Origin: Klebsiella phage N1M2
DNA: 64,000 nt
Direction: 5' to 3' (one strand)
Sequence record: MN642089.1
Shown here: one piece after another, positions 27,690 to 36,572 of the stretch
How the letters are laid out: the number at the start of each line of letters is the position of its first letter
How positions within the stretch are numbered: the first letter of the stretch is position 1
Made by a program: the position numbers and the translations under genes
Notes under the pieces: model-generated
Told to the model about the DNA's origin: nothing
The model's input: the letters and a program-made list of their open reading frames with translations, nothing else
Database searches by the model: none

Positions 27690-28493
27690 ATGGTAGACAA
27701 AACTCAATTTGAAGGCATTGACAGATCTAAGCATGGTAAATTGATTGAATTCATGACTGATGCTTTCCGTTCGGTAGAGATTGCTGGTAAGAACGTTATC
27801 CAAACTCCAGATGGTGAATTCATCGAATATGTTCTTATGGAAGAACAGTACTTCGTTGATAACTGGTTGGTGCAGTTTGCTATTGGGCATGTGGGAGAGA
27901 AGAACTATTTCAACCACTCTGAATGGTCTCGCTTAACTAATGCATTCACCAAAGGTGTTATCGTACTTAATGAAGATAAACAGCCTGTGGTACTGATCCG
28001 TAAGTTTATTGATATGGATCTTAACTACATGCAGCAACACTATCTTCAGGATGTTGCAGGACAAGCTTCAGATGCTAAATTCATTCCTAATAAGGAAGAA
28101 GCTGATGAGCTGGTTAACCGCTTTGCTGAGGCAGTTAAAGTGATCACTAGTCAGAACCCTGACTACGACACACTGACAAGCATGATTCCAATGGAATACT
28201 ACCTTAGCAAAGGTGTTGATCCAACAGTCGTTAAACAAGTCATCTATATTCGTGATAACTATCAGATTGATAACAAACCTATCGAGCCTGATTGTGAAGT
28301 AATGAAGGAAGTAGAAGCCATCCTTTATAAATATGCACGTAATGAAACTGTTACTGCAAAAGAAAAAGCTTTGGTTCAAGAAGTCACTAATGGCGATTTT
28401 ATTTTCGACGAGACCAGTAATAAGGTAGAAGATAAAGTTAACCAAGCTGGTGAAGATACTCCAGCAGCAGATTTCGATCCATTAGCTGATTAA
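27690..28493 (+). CDS. hypothetical protein
   Basis: ATG at 27690 just after the upstream stop (track 27666 overlaps it); acidic C-terminus. Confidence 0.5.
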   Translation: MVDKTQFEGIDRSKHGKLIEFMTDAFRSVEIAGKNVIQTPDGEFIEYVLMEEQYFVDNWLVQFAIGHVGEKNYFNHSEWSRLTNAFTKGVIVLNEDKQPVVLIRKFIDMDLNYMQQHYLQDVAGQASDAKFIPNKEEADELVNRFAEAVKVITSQNPDYDTLTSMIPMEYYLSKGVDPTVVKQVIYIRDNYQIDNKPIEPDCEVMKEVEAILYKYARNETVTAKEKALVQEVTNGDFIFDETSNKVEDKVNQAGEDTPAADFDPLAD

Positions 28494-28519
28494 TGAGCTT
28501 GTGGGTGTAGAGGAAAAAT

Positions 28520-29656
28520 ATGAAAAAGAAATTCTTCGGTGTACAGACCACGGACCAACATTGTCTGCACCCACATACTCCAACCAGACATATTCTAGCC
28601 AACCTTGATAACTTCTACTATAAAGAGTTGAATTTAGAAGAGGTTGACTTTAACATATTAACAGGTGACTTCTTCCATGACTTAGCACCTGCTAACGATC
28701 CAAATATGATGCTCTGTCAACGCTGGATTAAAAAGCACTTGCAGATATGTCATGATAAGAAAGTTCATGTTCGTATTCTTGAAGGTACGTCTTCACACGA
28801 CTGGGGACAACCAGAAGTATTTGATATCCTTAAACCTAAGGATACGCCGTACATTAAGTACATTAACACTTTGTCCATTGAGTATATTCCAGAGTTAGAT
28901 ATCAACGTCATGTACGTTCCTGATAACTTTGGTCATAAGTCTACAGAACTTATTTATGAGGATGCTTTAAAACTTCTAGCAGGAGCTGGACTTAAGCAAG
29001 TTGACTTCATTTTGTTGCATGGTGGATTTGATTATCAGTTACCACCTATCGCCAACAAGAACGGATCACTTTATGATTCTGTTAAATGGTCGGCTTTAGC
29101 TAAGAAAGCAATTTTCAGTGGACACATTCATAAACCAAGTCATAAACTGAATATCTATTGTGGTGGTAGTTTTGACCGTACTGCTTTTGGTGAAATGCAT
29201 CCAAAGGGCGGGTATAAATTCTGGTGGAATGATGATGAGTTTAAAGCTGAGTTCTGGGAGAACCGTAGTGCTTTAATCTATGATAAGATTCTCATTAACC
29301 GTGAGATGACTTCTAAGGAGATTCAAAAGGAATTGAATAACTACTTAGCTAAGAACCCACCTAAGAACACCCACATTCGTTTAGTTGGTGGTTTGGCTTC
29401 TATTACTGGTTCTTTGATCAATGATTATAAAGAACAATACCCTAACTATCATTTTGATCTGGATAATGTAAAAGAAGATAACATCGAAGTAGATGATACT
29501 CTTTATACACCAGAAATGTACACGGGTGTTTCTCTGACTAAGTTAAACCTTCAGGATAGTTTGTTTAACTTCATGGAGTCTACTCTTCAACAGAATGATG
29601 AAATTGATCGTGAGTTGTTGAAGCAGCTCCTCTCAGAGGTAATGGAAGATGACTGA
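28520..29656 (+). CDS. calcineurin-like metallophosphoesterase, SbcD/Mre11-like nuclease
   Basis: phosphoesterase motifs TTDQHC (D-x-H), TGDFFHD (GD-x-x-D), HGGFDYQ, GHIHKP (GH-x-H). Confidence 0.55.
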   Translation: MKKKFFGVQTTDQHCLHPHTPTRHILANLDNFYYKELNLEEVDFNILTGDFFHDLAPANDPNMMLCQRWIKKHLQICHDKKVHVRILEGTSSHDWGQPEVFDILKPKDTPYIKYINTLSIEYIPELDINVMYVPDNFGHKSTELIYEDALKLLAGAGLKQVDFILLHGGFDYQLPPIANKNGSLYDSVKWSALAKKAIFSGHIHKPSHKLNIYCGGSFDRTAFGEMHPKGGYKFWWNDDEFKAEFWENRSALIYDKILINREMTSKEIQKELNNYLAKNPPKNTHIRLVGGLASITGSLINDYKEQYPNYHFDLDNVKEDNIEVDDTLYTPEMYTGVSLTKLNLQDSLFNFMESTLQQNDEIDRELLKQLLSEVMEDD

Positions 29657-30443
29657 AAGAACTAAAGGTACACTTCCCATAAGCGTCGGTACGGCGCTTG
29701 CTATTGAAGTGTTGCCTGGGACAGCCATGCATAAGTATGGCGCCCTCCTGATTAACCTCAGGACGATTATCCGTAATGCTAGACAAGCATATGACGATTA
29801 TGTTCCAACGGTTAAGGAATTGACTCAAGCTGTCAAGGAAGACATTGTTGGGATAGCTGAAGCAATAGTCGCGATGAAAATAAAGACAGTCTTGGAATTA
29901 AAGTTTTACTACCCAAGCTATCTATCGTTACCAAGATTATTCCCTTTAGCAAAATTGAAAGATGTTGAAAAGGACGGTAATGAAAATCAGAAGAAACTGG
30001 CTAGACTGGATAAAGATGTTGCAACTAACATCCTAAGAGAGTTTGGAGATAACATCCTTAAAACGGATTCCAAGATTCCTCAGTTTACTCACGACGCACT
30101 GATAATCACTCACCATCCTGTCGATCTGGTTACAACCGAATCTTACGCTCGATTGAACTTATTAGAATCACATACTGGAGCAATAAAGAACTACACATTG
30201 TTCTATACTAAGCTAACAGGTTCTGATAAGTTTACAAACATACCTTTTAATAAACTGACGATACAGATATTTGGAGACAAATCTACAAACTTCTATTCTC
30301 AGTCTTTAGGTGTGAAAAACGAGGTTAAGCAATTGGCTGATACCGCTCGCTGGAGTACAGCTTCAACACCTTCACTAGTTGCACGATCCATTCGATCTTT
30401 GGGCAATACCCCAGAGAAACAAATTCTATTGAAAATGATTTAA
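29649..30443 (+). CDS. hypothetical protein
   Basis: 264 aa; overlaps the phosphoesterase gene by 8 nt (likely translationally coupled). Confidence 0.5.
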   Translation: MTERTKGTLPISVGTALAIEVLPGTAMHKYGALLINLRTIIRNARQAYDDYVPTVKELTQAVKEDIVGIAEAIVAMKIKTVLELKFYYPSYLSLPRLFPLAKLKDVEKDGNENQKKLARLDKDVATNILREFGDNILKTDSKIPQFTHDALIITHHPVDLVTTESYARLNLLESHTGAIKNYTLFYTKLTGSDKFTNIPFNKLTIQIFGDKSTNFYSQSLGVKNEVKQLADTARWSTASTPSLVARSIRSLGNTPEKQILLKMI

Positions 30444-30457
30444 ATAAGGAAACTACT

Positions 30458-31225
30458 ATGAGCCAGCAACAAAACTTCGTACGTCGCCCGCAGACCATGT
30501 TCAACGATTTCCGTTATCCGATGCCTACTTCTGATAAACCAGTTGAAGGTGCCAAATACCCAGCACGCTGGGTTTGGGACTTCGGTCTGAATGGTAACAT
30601 CTACTTCAAAGTTAACGATGGTGTTTGGGGTAAAGATGACCGCAACGCTAAATCTAAAGAAGTAGAACTGTCAGTATTCGACCGTGGTGCTCTGCTGAAT
30701 CTGATGGAGAATGCGATCAATGATCCTAACTTCACCAAAGCTCAGTATCATGTTAAGAAAATTACCTTTGGTTCTGGTGGTCGTCTGAATGATCATCCGT
30801 CTACTCTGGGTACCTTCACTGTAATCCGTGATCAACATGGTCGCATCCTGGTTGGTTACACCAAAGGAACTTACAAAGTAATGTTCCCGTTCACTTCTCC
30901 ATTTGAATCAACTATCCTGGTTTCTTCTAATGGTGGTGAACCAACTGAAGATCGTGGCCTGATGTCTCGCGTTTACTGCAAAGCCTTCATCGACTTCTCT
31001 CGTAAATTCATGGATCAATATGAATGGGATAACTACAAACCTAAAGAGAAGAAAGGTGGCGACAACGGCGGTAACAACCGTGGTAACGGCGGTGGAAACT
31101 CTTGGGGTAACAATAACAACCAAGGTGGCGGAAACAGCTGGGGTGGCAATGGCGGAAATAATAACCAGTCTTCTGGTCAAACTCGCCAGGCTCCTACCGA
31201 CTTCGATGATGACATCGACTTCTAA
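30458..31225 (+). CDS. putative ssDNA-binding protein with bacterial SSB-like C-terminal tail
   Basis: C-terminal Gly/Asn/Gln-rich disordered linker ending TDFDDDIDF, near-identical to the E. coli SSB tip MDFDDDIPF; host-like codon bias; AAGGAAAC RBS. Confidence 0.5.
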   Translation: MSQQQNFVRRPQTMFNDFRYPMPTSDKPVEGAKYPARWVWDFGLNGNIYFKVNDGVWGKDDRNAKSKEVELSVFDRGALLNLMENAINDPNFTKAQYHVKKITFGSGGRLNDHPSTLGTFTVIRDQHGRILVGYTKGTYKVMFPFTSPFESTILVSSNGGEPTEDRGLMSRVYCKAFIDFSRKFMDQYEWDNYKPKEKKGGDNGGNNRGNGGGNSWGNNNNQGGGNSWGGNGGNNNQSSGQTRQAPTDFDDDIDF

Positions 31226-31242
31226 TTCATAATACCATAACT

Positions 31243-31290
31243 GAGAGTATCCCTTCGGGGATACTCTCTCTATGTTTGTTTGTTATTTTA
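31243..31290 (+). terminator. rho-independent terminator
   Basis: GAGAGTATCCC-ttcg-GGGATACTCTC then TCTATGTTTGTTTGTTATTTT. Confidence 0.75.
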
Positions 31291-31348
31291 ATTAATAACT
31301 CTATGATCCATATCCTGTCAATTCATTTTATAATCTCTAAAAATGTTT

Positions 31349-31380
31349 AGGCAGATATTATTAGAGTGTATAAACATAAA
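31349..31380 (+). promoter_or_regulatory. conserved AT-rich promoter-like motif (GCAGATATTATTAGAGTGTATAAAC)
   Basis: family member; lies inside the track's 31343 ORF extension but upstream of the AGGAGG RBS and ATG at 31406. Confidence 0.5.
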
Positions 31381-31405
31381 TGAATTTAGTTTAGGAGGAT
31401 GTGCA

Positions 31406-33046
31406 ATGCTACGTTATGATATCCGAATGAGCGGCAAGAAGAACATTGACGCCATTGTTGTTTCTTATAAAGGTGAGGAGATTATCTTCCGAGGCGTTCA
31501 GAAAGTAAATGGTGGGGATGCCGACCAGGAACTGTTCGAATATCTGAATGAATTCTTCCAGGGTTGTATGCCCAAGAAAATCGATAAACTGTGGGATCTT
31601 CTAAAGCGGGGCAAGAAGATTTTGGAACCAGGTTATTTCGATGAGGTTGATTCTGCTGACCTTGCTGAACTCAGAAAGAATAATGGTGATTATCGATATC
31701 TCCAAGAAAAGCTGGAACCGATCATTCGTGAGATCTATGAAACCATCCCTCCTAATGAAGTAGGTTACGGTGCGATGGTAACTGGTCGTTGTGAAGCTCC
31801 TAGAGATCTGATGGCGATGTCTCAACTGGGTGATTATCCAGAAGAAACTACCATCGACAACATTAAGTATGGTGAGTTGGTTAAGTTGGCTTTTGCAGCT
31901 CAGCTGTCATTCCCAATTATCAACCAGTTCCTTGATCATGTTGTTGATCTGACCGGTAAAGACTATAAAGATGCAACTGCCGGCTCCATTATGGCAAACA
32001 TCTCTCAGTTAACTGCAATGGATGGATGGAAGATTCTCGATACCTACGTTCGAGCATCCTGCCTCCGTCAGGAAGCAAGACGCAACAGTATCGGTGTAGT
32101 TAGTGATGTGAAGTATATTGACTATATCGTATATAAAGGTTTGTTTAACAAATTGTGTCTGACCTTCTTGCCAAGTAAAATCAATGGCAAAAATCTTTCT
32201 AAAGAACTGAACAGTTTAGTAGAAGGTGAGATTCGTGGCGGAGCTGATATTAAGTTCAAAACTTATAAAGATCCAAAGCCAGGTTCTGATGATCAATCGA
32301 TTCCAGAATCCTATCGAATTACTCAAGCAGTAAACGGTACCGATGAAATTGCTCAGGCTGAGTATTTCACATTCGATTTATATATCGAAGAACACACCCA
32401 AGATCAATGGGGTAATCCGGTAGTTAACTATCGTAAGAAGAATAAAGATTTCTTCTCCCATCAGTGTCGCGGGCTCGGTATCAAAAACCAGTTCTTGGCT
32501 GAACGTCTATTTAACACATTACCACGTGTCTGGGAATTCCGACTGACTTCTATCCATATGAAGTTACTCCAACTGGCATTCATCGAAGACATTAACTATA
32601 ACCTGATCCCGGTCCTGAACTATGACCAATTGATGTCAGCTATTTGTCTGGCACAAGTTAAACTGTTTGAAATGGGATTCGAACATTTGGCATGTCTGTG
32701 CTCTATCGTTCGTAATCCAACTTATCCTGTAACGTTCCTGGATGATGACTTTAAGTTGTCCACCAAAGATCGCGAAATGCTAACCGAAATGTGTGATGTA
32801 TATGTGGGTCAATCTGTATCCACCACTGAAAACATTCTGGTTAAATCTGTATCTGATTTCCTGGATGAACTCAGTACCTCTGGTTGGGATTCTACTATTG
32901 AACCTGGTCTATTAGGTAATGAGAAATTTGTGAACGCAATGGCTTCCGGTCAAATGTATCAGGTAGACCTGGTCCCCGAAGTTAAACGTGAACTCCTGGA
33001 ATTAGTTAAATTAACAAACACTGTAGAAGAGAAGGAAGCTGAATAA
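31406..33046 (+). CDS. abundant hypothetical protein (~546 aa)
   Basis: ATG at 31406 with perfect AGGAGG RBS; host-like codon bias. Confidence 0.55.
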   Translation: MLRYDIRMSGKKNIDAIVVSYKGEEIIFRGVQKVNGGDADQELFEYLNEFFQGCMPKKIDKLWDLLKRGKKILEPGYFDEVDSADLAELRKNNGDYRYLQEKLEPIIREIYETIPPNEVGYGAMVTGRCEAPRDLMAMSQLGDYPEETTIDNIKYGELVKLAFAAQLSFPIINQFLDHVVDLTGKDYKDATAGSIMANISQLTAMDGWKILDTYVRASCLRQEARRNSIGVVSDVKYIDYIVYKGLFNKLCLTFLPSKINGKNLSKELNSLVEGEIRGGADIKFKTYKDPKPGSDDQSIPESYRITQAVNGTDEIAQAEYFTFDLYIEEHTQDQWGNPVVNYRKKNKDFFSHQCRGLGIKNQFLAERLFNTLPRVWEFRLTSIHMKLLQLAFIEDINYNLIPVLNYDQLMSAICLAQVKLFEMGFEHLACLCSIVRNPTYPVTFLDDDFKLSTKDREMLTEMCDVYVGQSVSTTENILVKSVSDFLDELSTSGWDSTIEPGLLGNEKFVNAMASGQMYQVDLVPEVKRELLELVKLTNTVEEKEAE

Positions 33047-34590
33047 TGAACATGACTCTGGTAAAAGCGCGCGCTGGTCTGACTAACTACTATCATCAGC
33101 AGGTTATCCGAAATGCAGCAATGGACATCGATTCCACTTTGATCGATCAGCTGACTGAAGAAAACCTGATGGGTGGTGTTAAAGCATCGACTCTGCAGAT
33201 GGCCGCGGTTTATTCCGGCGGTCTTAATGCTCAGGCATCTGACTTTGCAAATATCATGGGTGGTTGGAACGAATCCAAAGGTTTGATGATGCTGGACTTC
33301 ATCACTCAGGATTCTCCAGTAGCCGTTGAATATATGCACGTCATTGGTTATGTTACCAACAATGGTTCTGATCAAGGTTTAACAACCGATGCGATCTTCA
33401 CTCCAGTAATGAGTTGGAAATCTCATGAAACCATCACAGCTAACCTGATGGGTGGGGATAATCCAACAACAACTCGTCGCATGATCGGTGGTCGTACTGA
33501 CTATCTGTTGAACGATGGTTCTCAGGCTCAGGGCATGGTATCCATGCGACCTAATGATGTCATTGACTTCTCCATCGAACGTGCATCTGCTCAAGATGTT
33601 ATCGAACGTATGGAAGATGAAGGTCTGACCGGTCAGGTTCCACAGATCGGTGTGGCTGGTACTGATATTGGTCGTGTTGGTGTGATTGCATCTAAGCGTA
33701 ATAACTTGAACCCAAGTTCTTATGCAAAAGACATCCTGGCTGCAGGTACAGGTTATCAACGTAACCAACAACTCAGCAGCAACATGATGGATAACATGGG
33801 TGAAAACCTGACAGCCTTTGATGGAATGTTTAACGAACTGGCTAACATCTCCTATCAGGCAAGTAACAAAGAACCGCAGCTTCTGCGTGATGACTTCTTC
33901 CGTTCTATGATGGATGTAATGGGTCAAGCGCAAATGCGTGGCTTTACTGGTTATCCTATCAGCGATCTGCTGTGTGCATTCGAAAACCTGAACGATGTTC
34001 TTGATCTGACATTCATGGATAAAGGTCAGTTTGCAGTAAATGACTTTACTCAGAACACTGAGAGCATGGGTACTTCTCAAATTGAAGAATTCGTATCTCA
34101 GGAAATCACCATGAACATCATGGACCTGATGATCAAATATGGTCTGTCTGCAATCAACTTCCGTGGTTCTAACTGTGACCACTTTGGTGGCGACGGTAAT
34201 CTGAGCAACGTAGTTATTCTTCCTTATTCTCCGGCATCTCTGTCTGAAGACGATTTCGATATCGGTAATAAGGTACAGGCATTCGTTGACGATCTGACCA
34301 ACCAGATCTTTGCTAAACTCAATGGTCTGCGTAGCTCTGACCTGACGCCAATTCGTTTTGATGTCAATGCTGAACTGTTTGGTACTTGTATCATCAATAT
34401 GGTACGTGTAACTGATACCAACATGAGCAGCGGTTTCAACCTGCAGGAAACTGGAGTTCCTACTGGTATGTGTTCTCGTGTATATCCAACTTATGCACTC
34501 AATAACTATTCTCCAGTTATTGGTAATAAAGAACAGGCACAGATTGCAGGTTCTAACTTCTTCACCAATATCAACAACTACTTCTCTTAA
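33046..34590 (+). CDS. abundant hypothetical protein (514 aa)
   Basis: start overlaps the upstream stop (TAATG); host-like codon bias; long antisense shadow ORFs. Confidence 0.55.
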   Translation: MNMTLVKARAGLTNYYHQQVIRNAAMDIDSTLIDQLTEENLMGGVKASTLQMAAVYSGGLNAQASDFANIMGGWNESKGLMMLDFITQDSPVAVEYMHVIGYVTNNGSDQGLTTDAIFTPVMSWKSHETITANLMGGDNPTTTRRMIGGRTDYLLNDGSQAQGMVSMRPNDVIDFSIERASAQDVIERMEDEGLTGQVPQIGVAGTDIGRVGVIASKRNNLNPSSYAKDILAAGTGYQRNQQLSSNMMDNMGENLTAFDGMFNELANISYQASNKEPQLLRDDFFRSMMDVMGQAQMRGFTGYPISDLLCAFENLNDVLDLTFMDKGQFAVNDFTQNTESMGTSQIEEFVSQEITMNIMDLMIKYGLSAINFRGSNCDHFGGDGNLSNVVILPYSPASLSEDDFDIGNKVQAFVDDLTNQIFAKLNGLRSSDLTPIRFDVNAELFGTCIINMVRVTDTNMSSGFNLQETGVPTGMCSRVYPTYALNNYSPVIGNKEQAQIAGSNFFTNINNYFS

Positions 34591-34612
34591 TAACTAATTC
34601 GGAATATAGAAA

Positions 34613-36085
34613 ATGAACAAGCTGAACAAACTGTATGAAGCAATGCTGAAATCCTGGGGCTGTGTGTTTAGTGACGACGCAGCAATCATGCTGAACTTCG
34701 CAGGTAACGAAGTACCAGTTAAAGTAGATGATAAACAAACTTATCTGCCTACTTCTGAAAACCTGAACGGTGTGACTATCGGTAAAGTGTTCTTCCATCC
34801 GGCATGTGAATCTATCATGTCTAAAGAAACCGAAATCTTCAAAGTTATCCGTAAATTGACTGCAGCAAAAATCTATGCGGTGTTCCAACCAATCGCTGAA
34901 GTTCTGTTTGCAGCTTCTAGCAAGAAGTCTGGTAAAACTCTGACTGGTAAAATGCTGGAACAGCTGGAACCATTCAAAGCGGCAACCAAAGCGATCAAAC
35001 AGGAAGTGATTGATATCATCAAAACGATCTCTATCACTATTGAAGACAATGGTCTGGATACTCGACTGATTAACTTCAGTCTGATCAAAGGCGGTAAAAC
35101 TGAAGATGATGAATCTATCTATTATACCGCAACTCCAAGCTTCCCGTTCTATACTGAACTGTGTCGCACCATCGGTCAGAACGAACATCTGAAAGCTGCT
35201 GATCGTGTTAGCTTTAATAACATGAATGTATCTATGCAAGCTCTGCGTACAGTTCAGGCTCTGTTTGAATTTGCGCTGCCGGCATGTCTGGATCCATCTC
35301 GTAAGAAGTATTCTACTACTTCTCCTGATGCGGCGCGTCTGGTTGCTTATCTGCATTCTTATGGTCTGATCGCATCTGACCTGAATAGTCTGATCGGTAA
35401 GTTCCGTAAAGAGTTTGACTCCATCGGCATTTATGGTATTGATCTGGAATGGTTATCTGATCTGGATGAAATCGGTGAAATTAAGAAACTGATTCCTTCC
35501 CTGGATTATAATAACTACAACATGACTTCTGCTCCAGAAGCTCCTGCTGCTAACAGTGGTGCTCGTATCTCTAGCTATAACCCAATGGCTGGTGTTATGA
35601 ATACTCCAAGCAGTGGTAATGTTCCAGCTCCTACTGGCGCAAATACTCCGGCGTCTGCACCTAAGACTCCAGATGCGCTGCCTGGTGAAAACTATATCGG
35701 TTGTGACTATAACCAGACTAGTGGTATTTATGAATTTAAATTCCAACAGTCTAATGGTTATATTCGTGTTCGCTGTGTGGCTGAAGATGGTCGTTTCATT
35801 TCTGAAAACTTCCAGAACCCAATGCAGCAACCGAATATGGGGATGGCAATTCCAAATACCGGTCTGAACCCATATGGTATGCCTAACGGTATGATGGTTC
35901 CAAATACCGGTCTTCCAATTGGTATGGGTATGCCTGGTATGATGCGTGACCCGTACACCGGTCAGTATATCCAGGTTCCTCAAAACCAAATGCAGAACAA
36001 CTTCCAACAACCAATGACCACTGGTTTCCAGAACCCAATCGGTGGAATGGAATTCGGTGGTACTGTTGGGATTAACAACTACTAA
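34613..36085 (+). CDS. abundant hypothetical protein with Pro/Gly/Met/Asn-rich disordered C-terminal third
   Basis: 490 aa; residues ~330-490 low complexity (PNTGLNPYGMPNGMMVPNTGLPIGMGMPGMM...). Confidence 0.55.
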   Translation: MNKLNKLYEAMLKSWGCVFSDDAAIMLNFAGNEVPVKVDDKQTYLPTSENLNGVTIGKVFFHPACESIMSKETEIFKVIRKLTAAKIYAVFQPIAEVLFAASSKKSGKTLTGKMLEQLEPFKAATKAIKQEVIDIIKTISITIEDNGLDTRLINFSLIKGGKTEDDESIYYTATPSFPFYTELCRTIGQNEHLKAADRVSFNNMNVSMQALRTVQALFEFALPACLDPSRKKYSTTSPDAARLVAYLHSYGLIASDLNSLIGKFRKEFDSIGIYGIDLEWLSDLDEIGEIKKLIPSLDYNNYNMTSAPEAPAANSGARISSYNPMAGVMNTPSSGNVPAPTGANTPASAPKTPDALPGENYIGCDYNQTSGIYEFKFQQSNGYIRVRCVAEDGRFISENFQNPMQQPNMGMAIPNTGLNPYGMPNGMMVPNTGLPIGMGMPGMMRDPYTGQYIQVPQNQMQNNFQQPMTTGFQNPIGGMEFGGTVGINNY

Positions 36086-36107
36086 TCAGAAAACATTTAT
36101 GTAAATA

Positions 36108-36150
36108 ACTACCACCTACTCTATAGTAGGTGGTAGCTTTATATGTTTGT
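36108..36150. terminator. bidirectional terminator
   Basis: CTACCACCTACT-ctat-AGTAGGTGGTAG then CTTTATATGTTTGTTTTC. Confidence 0.7.
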
Positions 36151-36157
36151 TTTCTTT

Positions 36158-36505
36158 TTATTCTCGTCTTACACGAGTTACCTGTATAACGGAATCAATC
36201 TGTTCCGGAGTAACCGTATAAAGACCTGTAAGATGCATAAAGTCTTGATTGGGATCTTCAATACCATTAAGGTAACTGATAGTCCAAATCAGTTCCTCAG
36301 GAATGGTCGGATTCTCACCGCCTAATTGTCTAAGGAATTTGTGGAAGTTATAACGATAAGCAAACTTTATACTATCCCCGATGAATGGAGAGAAAGAAGC
36401 TTGTGCTAATAGGATCTCCTTACAAGAACGAATTATCGTTTTGTATTCTGGAGTGAAGTAATAAGCATTACTATAAGGAACAATTAAAGGCATAAAAGCA
36501 TCCAA
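36158..36505 (-). CDS. hypothetical protein
   Basis: 115-aa minus-strand ORF convergent with the upstream block. Confidence 0.45.
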   Translation of the reverse strand: MDAFMPLIVPYSNAYYFTPEYKTIIRSCKEILLAQASFSPFIGDSIKFAYRYNFHKFLRQLGGENPTIPEELIWTISYLNGIEDPNQDFMHLTGLYTVTPEQIDSVIQVTRVRRE

Positions 36506-36527
36506 TTAATTTTGAGCCAAAGATAAT

Positions 36528-36558
36528 CAGACAGATATTATCTATATGTAATCAACAT
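36528..36558 (+). promoter_or_regulatory. conserved AT-rich promoter-like motif (CAGACAGATATTATCTATATGTAATCAAC)
   Basis: family member immediately upstream of the RNAP beta C fragment gene. Confidence 0.45.
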
Positions 36559-36572
36559 AGAGGTATTAGTGA

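Noticed and set aside
33379-36010. Long minus-strand ORFs 33379-34182, 34571-35356 and 35453-36010 antisense to the highly expressed trio
   Set aside because: Antisense shadow ORFs of strongly biased genes; Cys/His/Thr-rich nonsense-like translations
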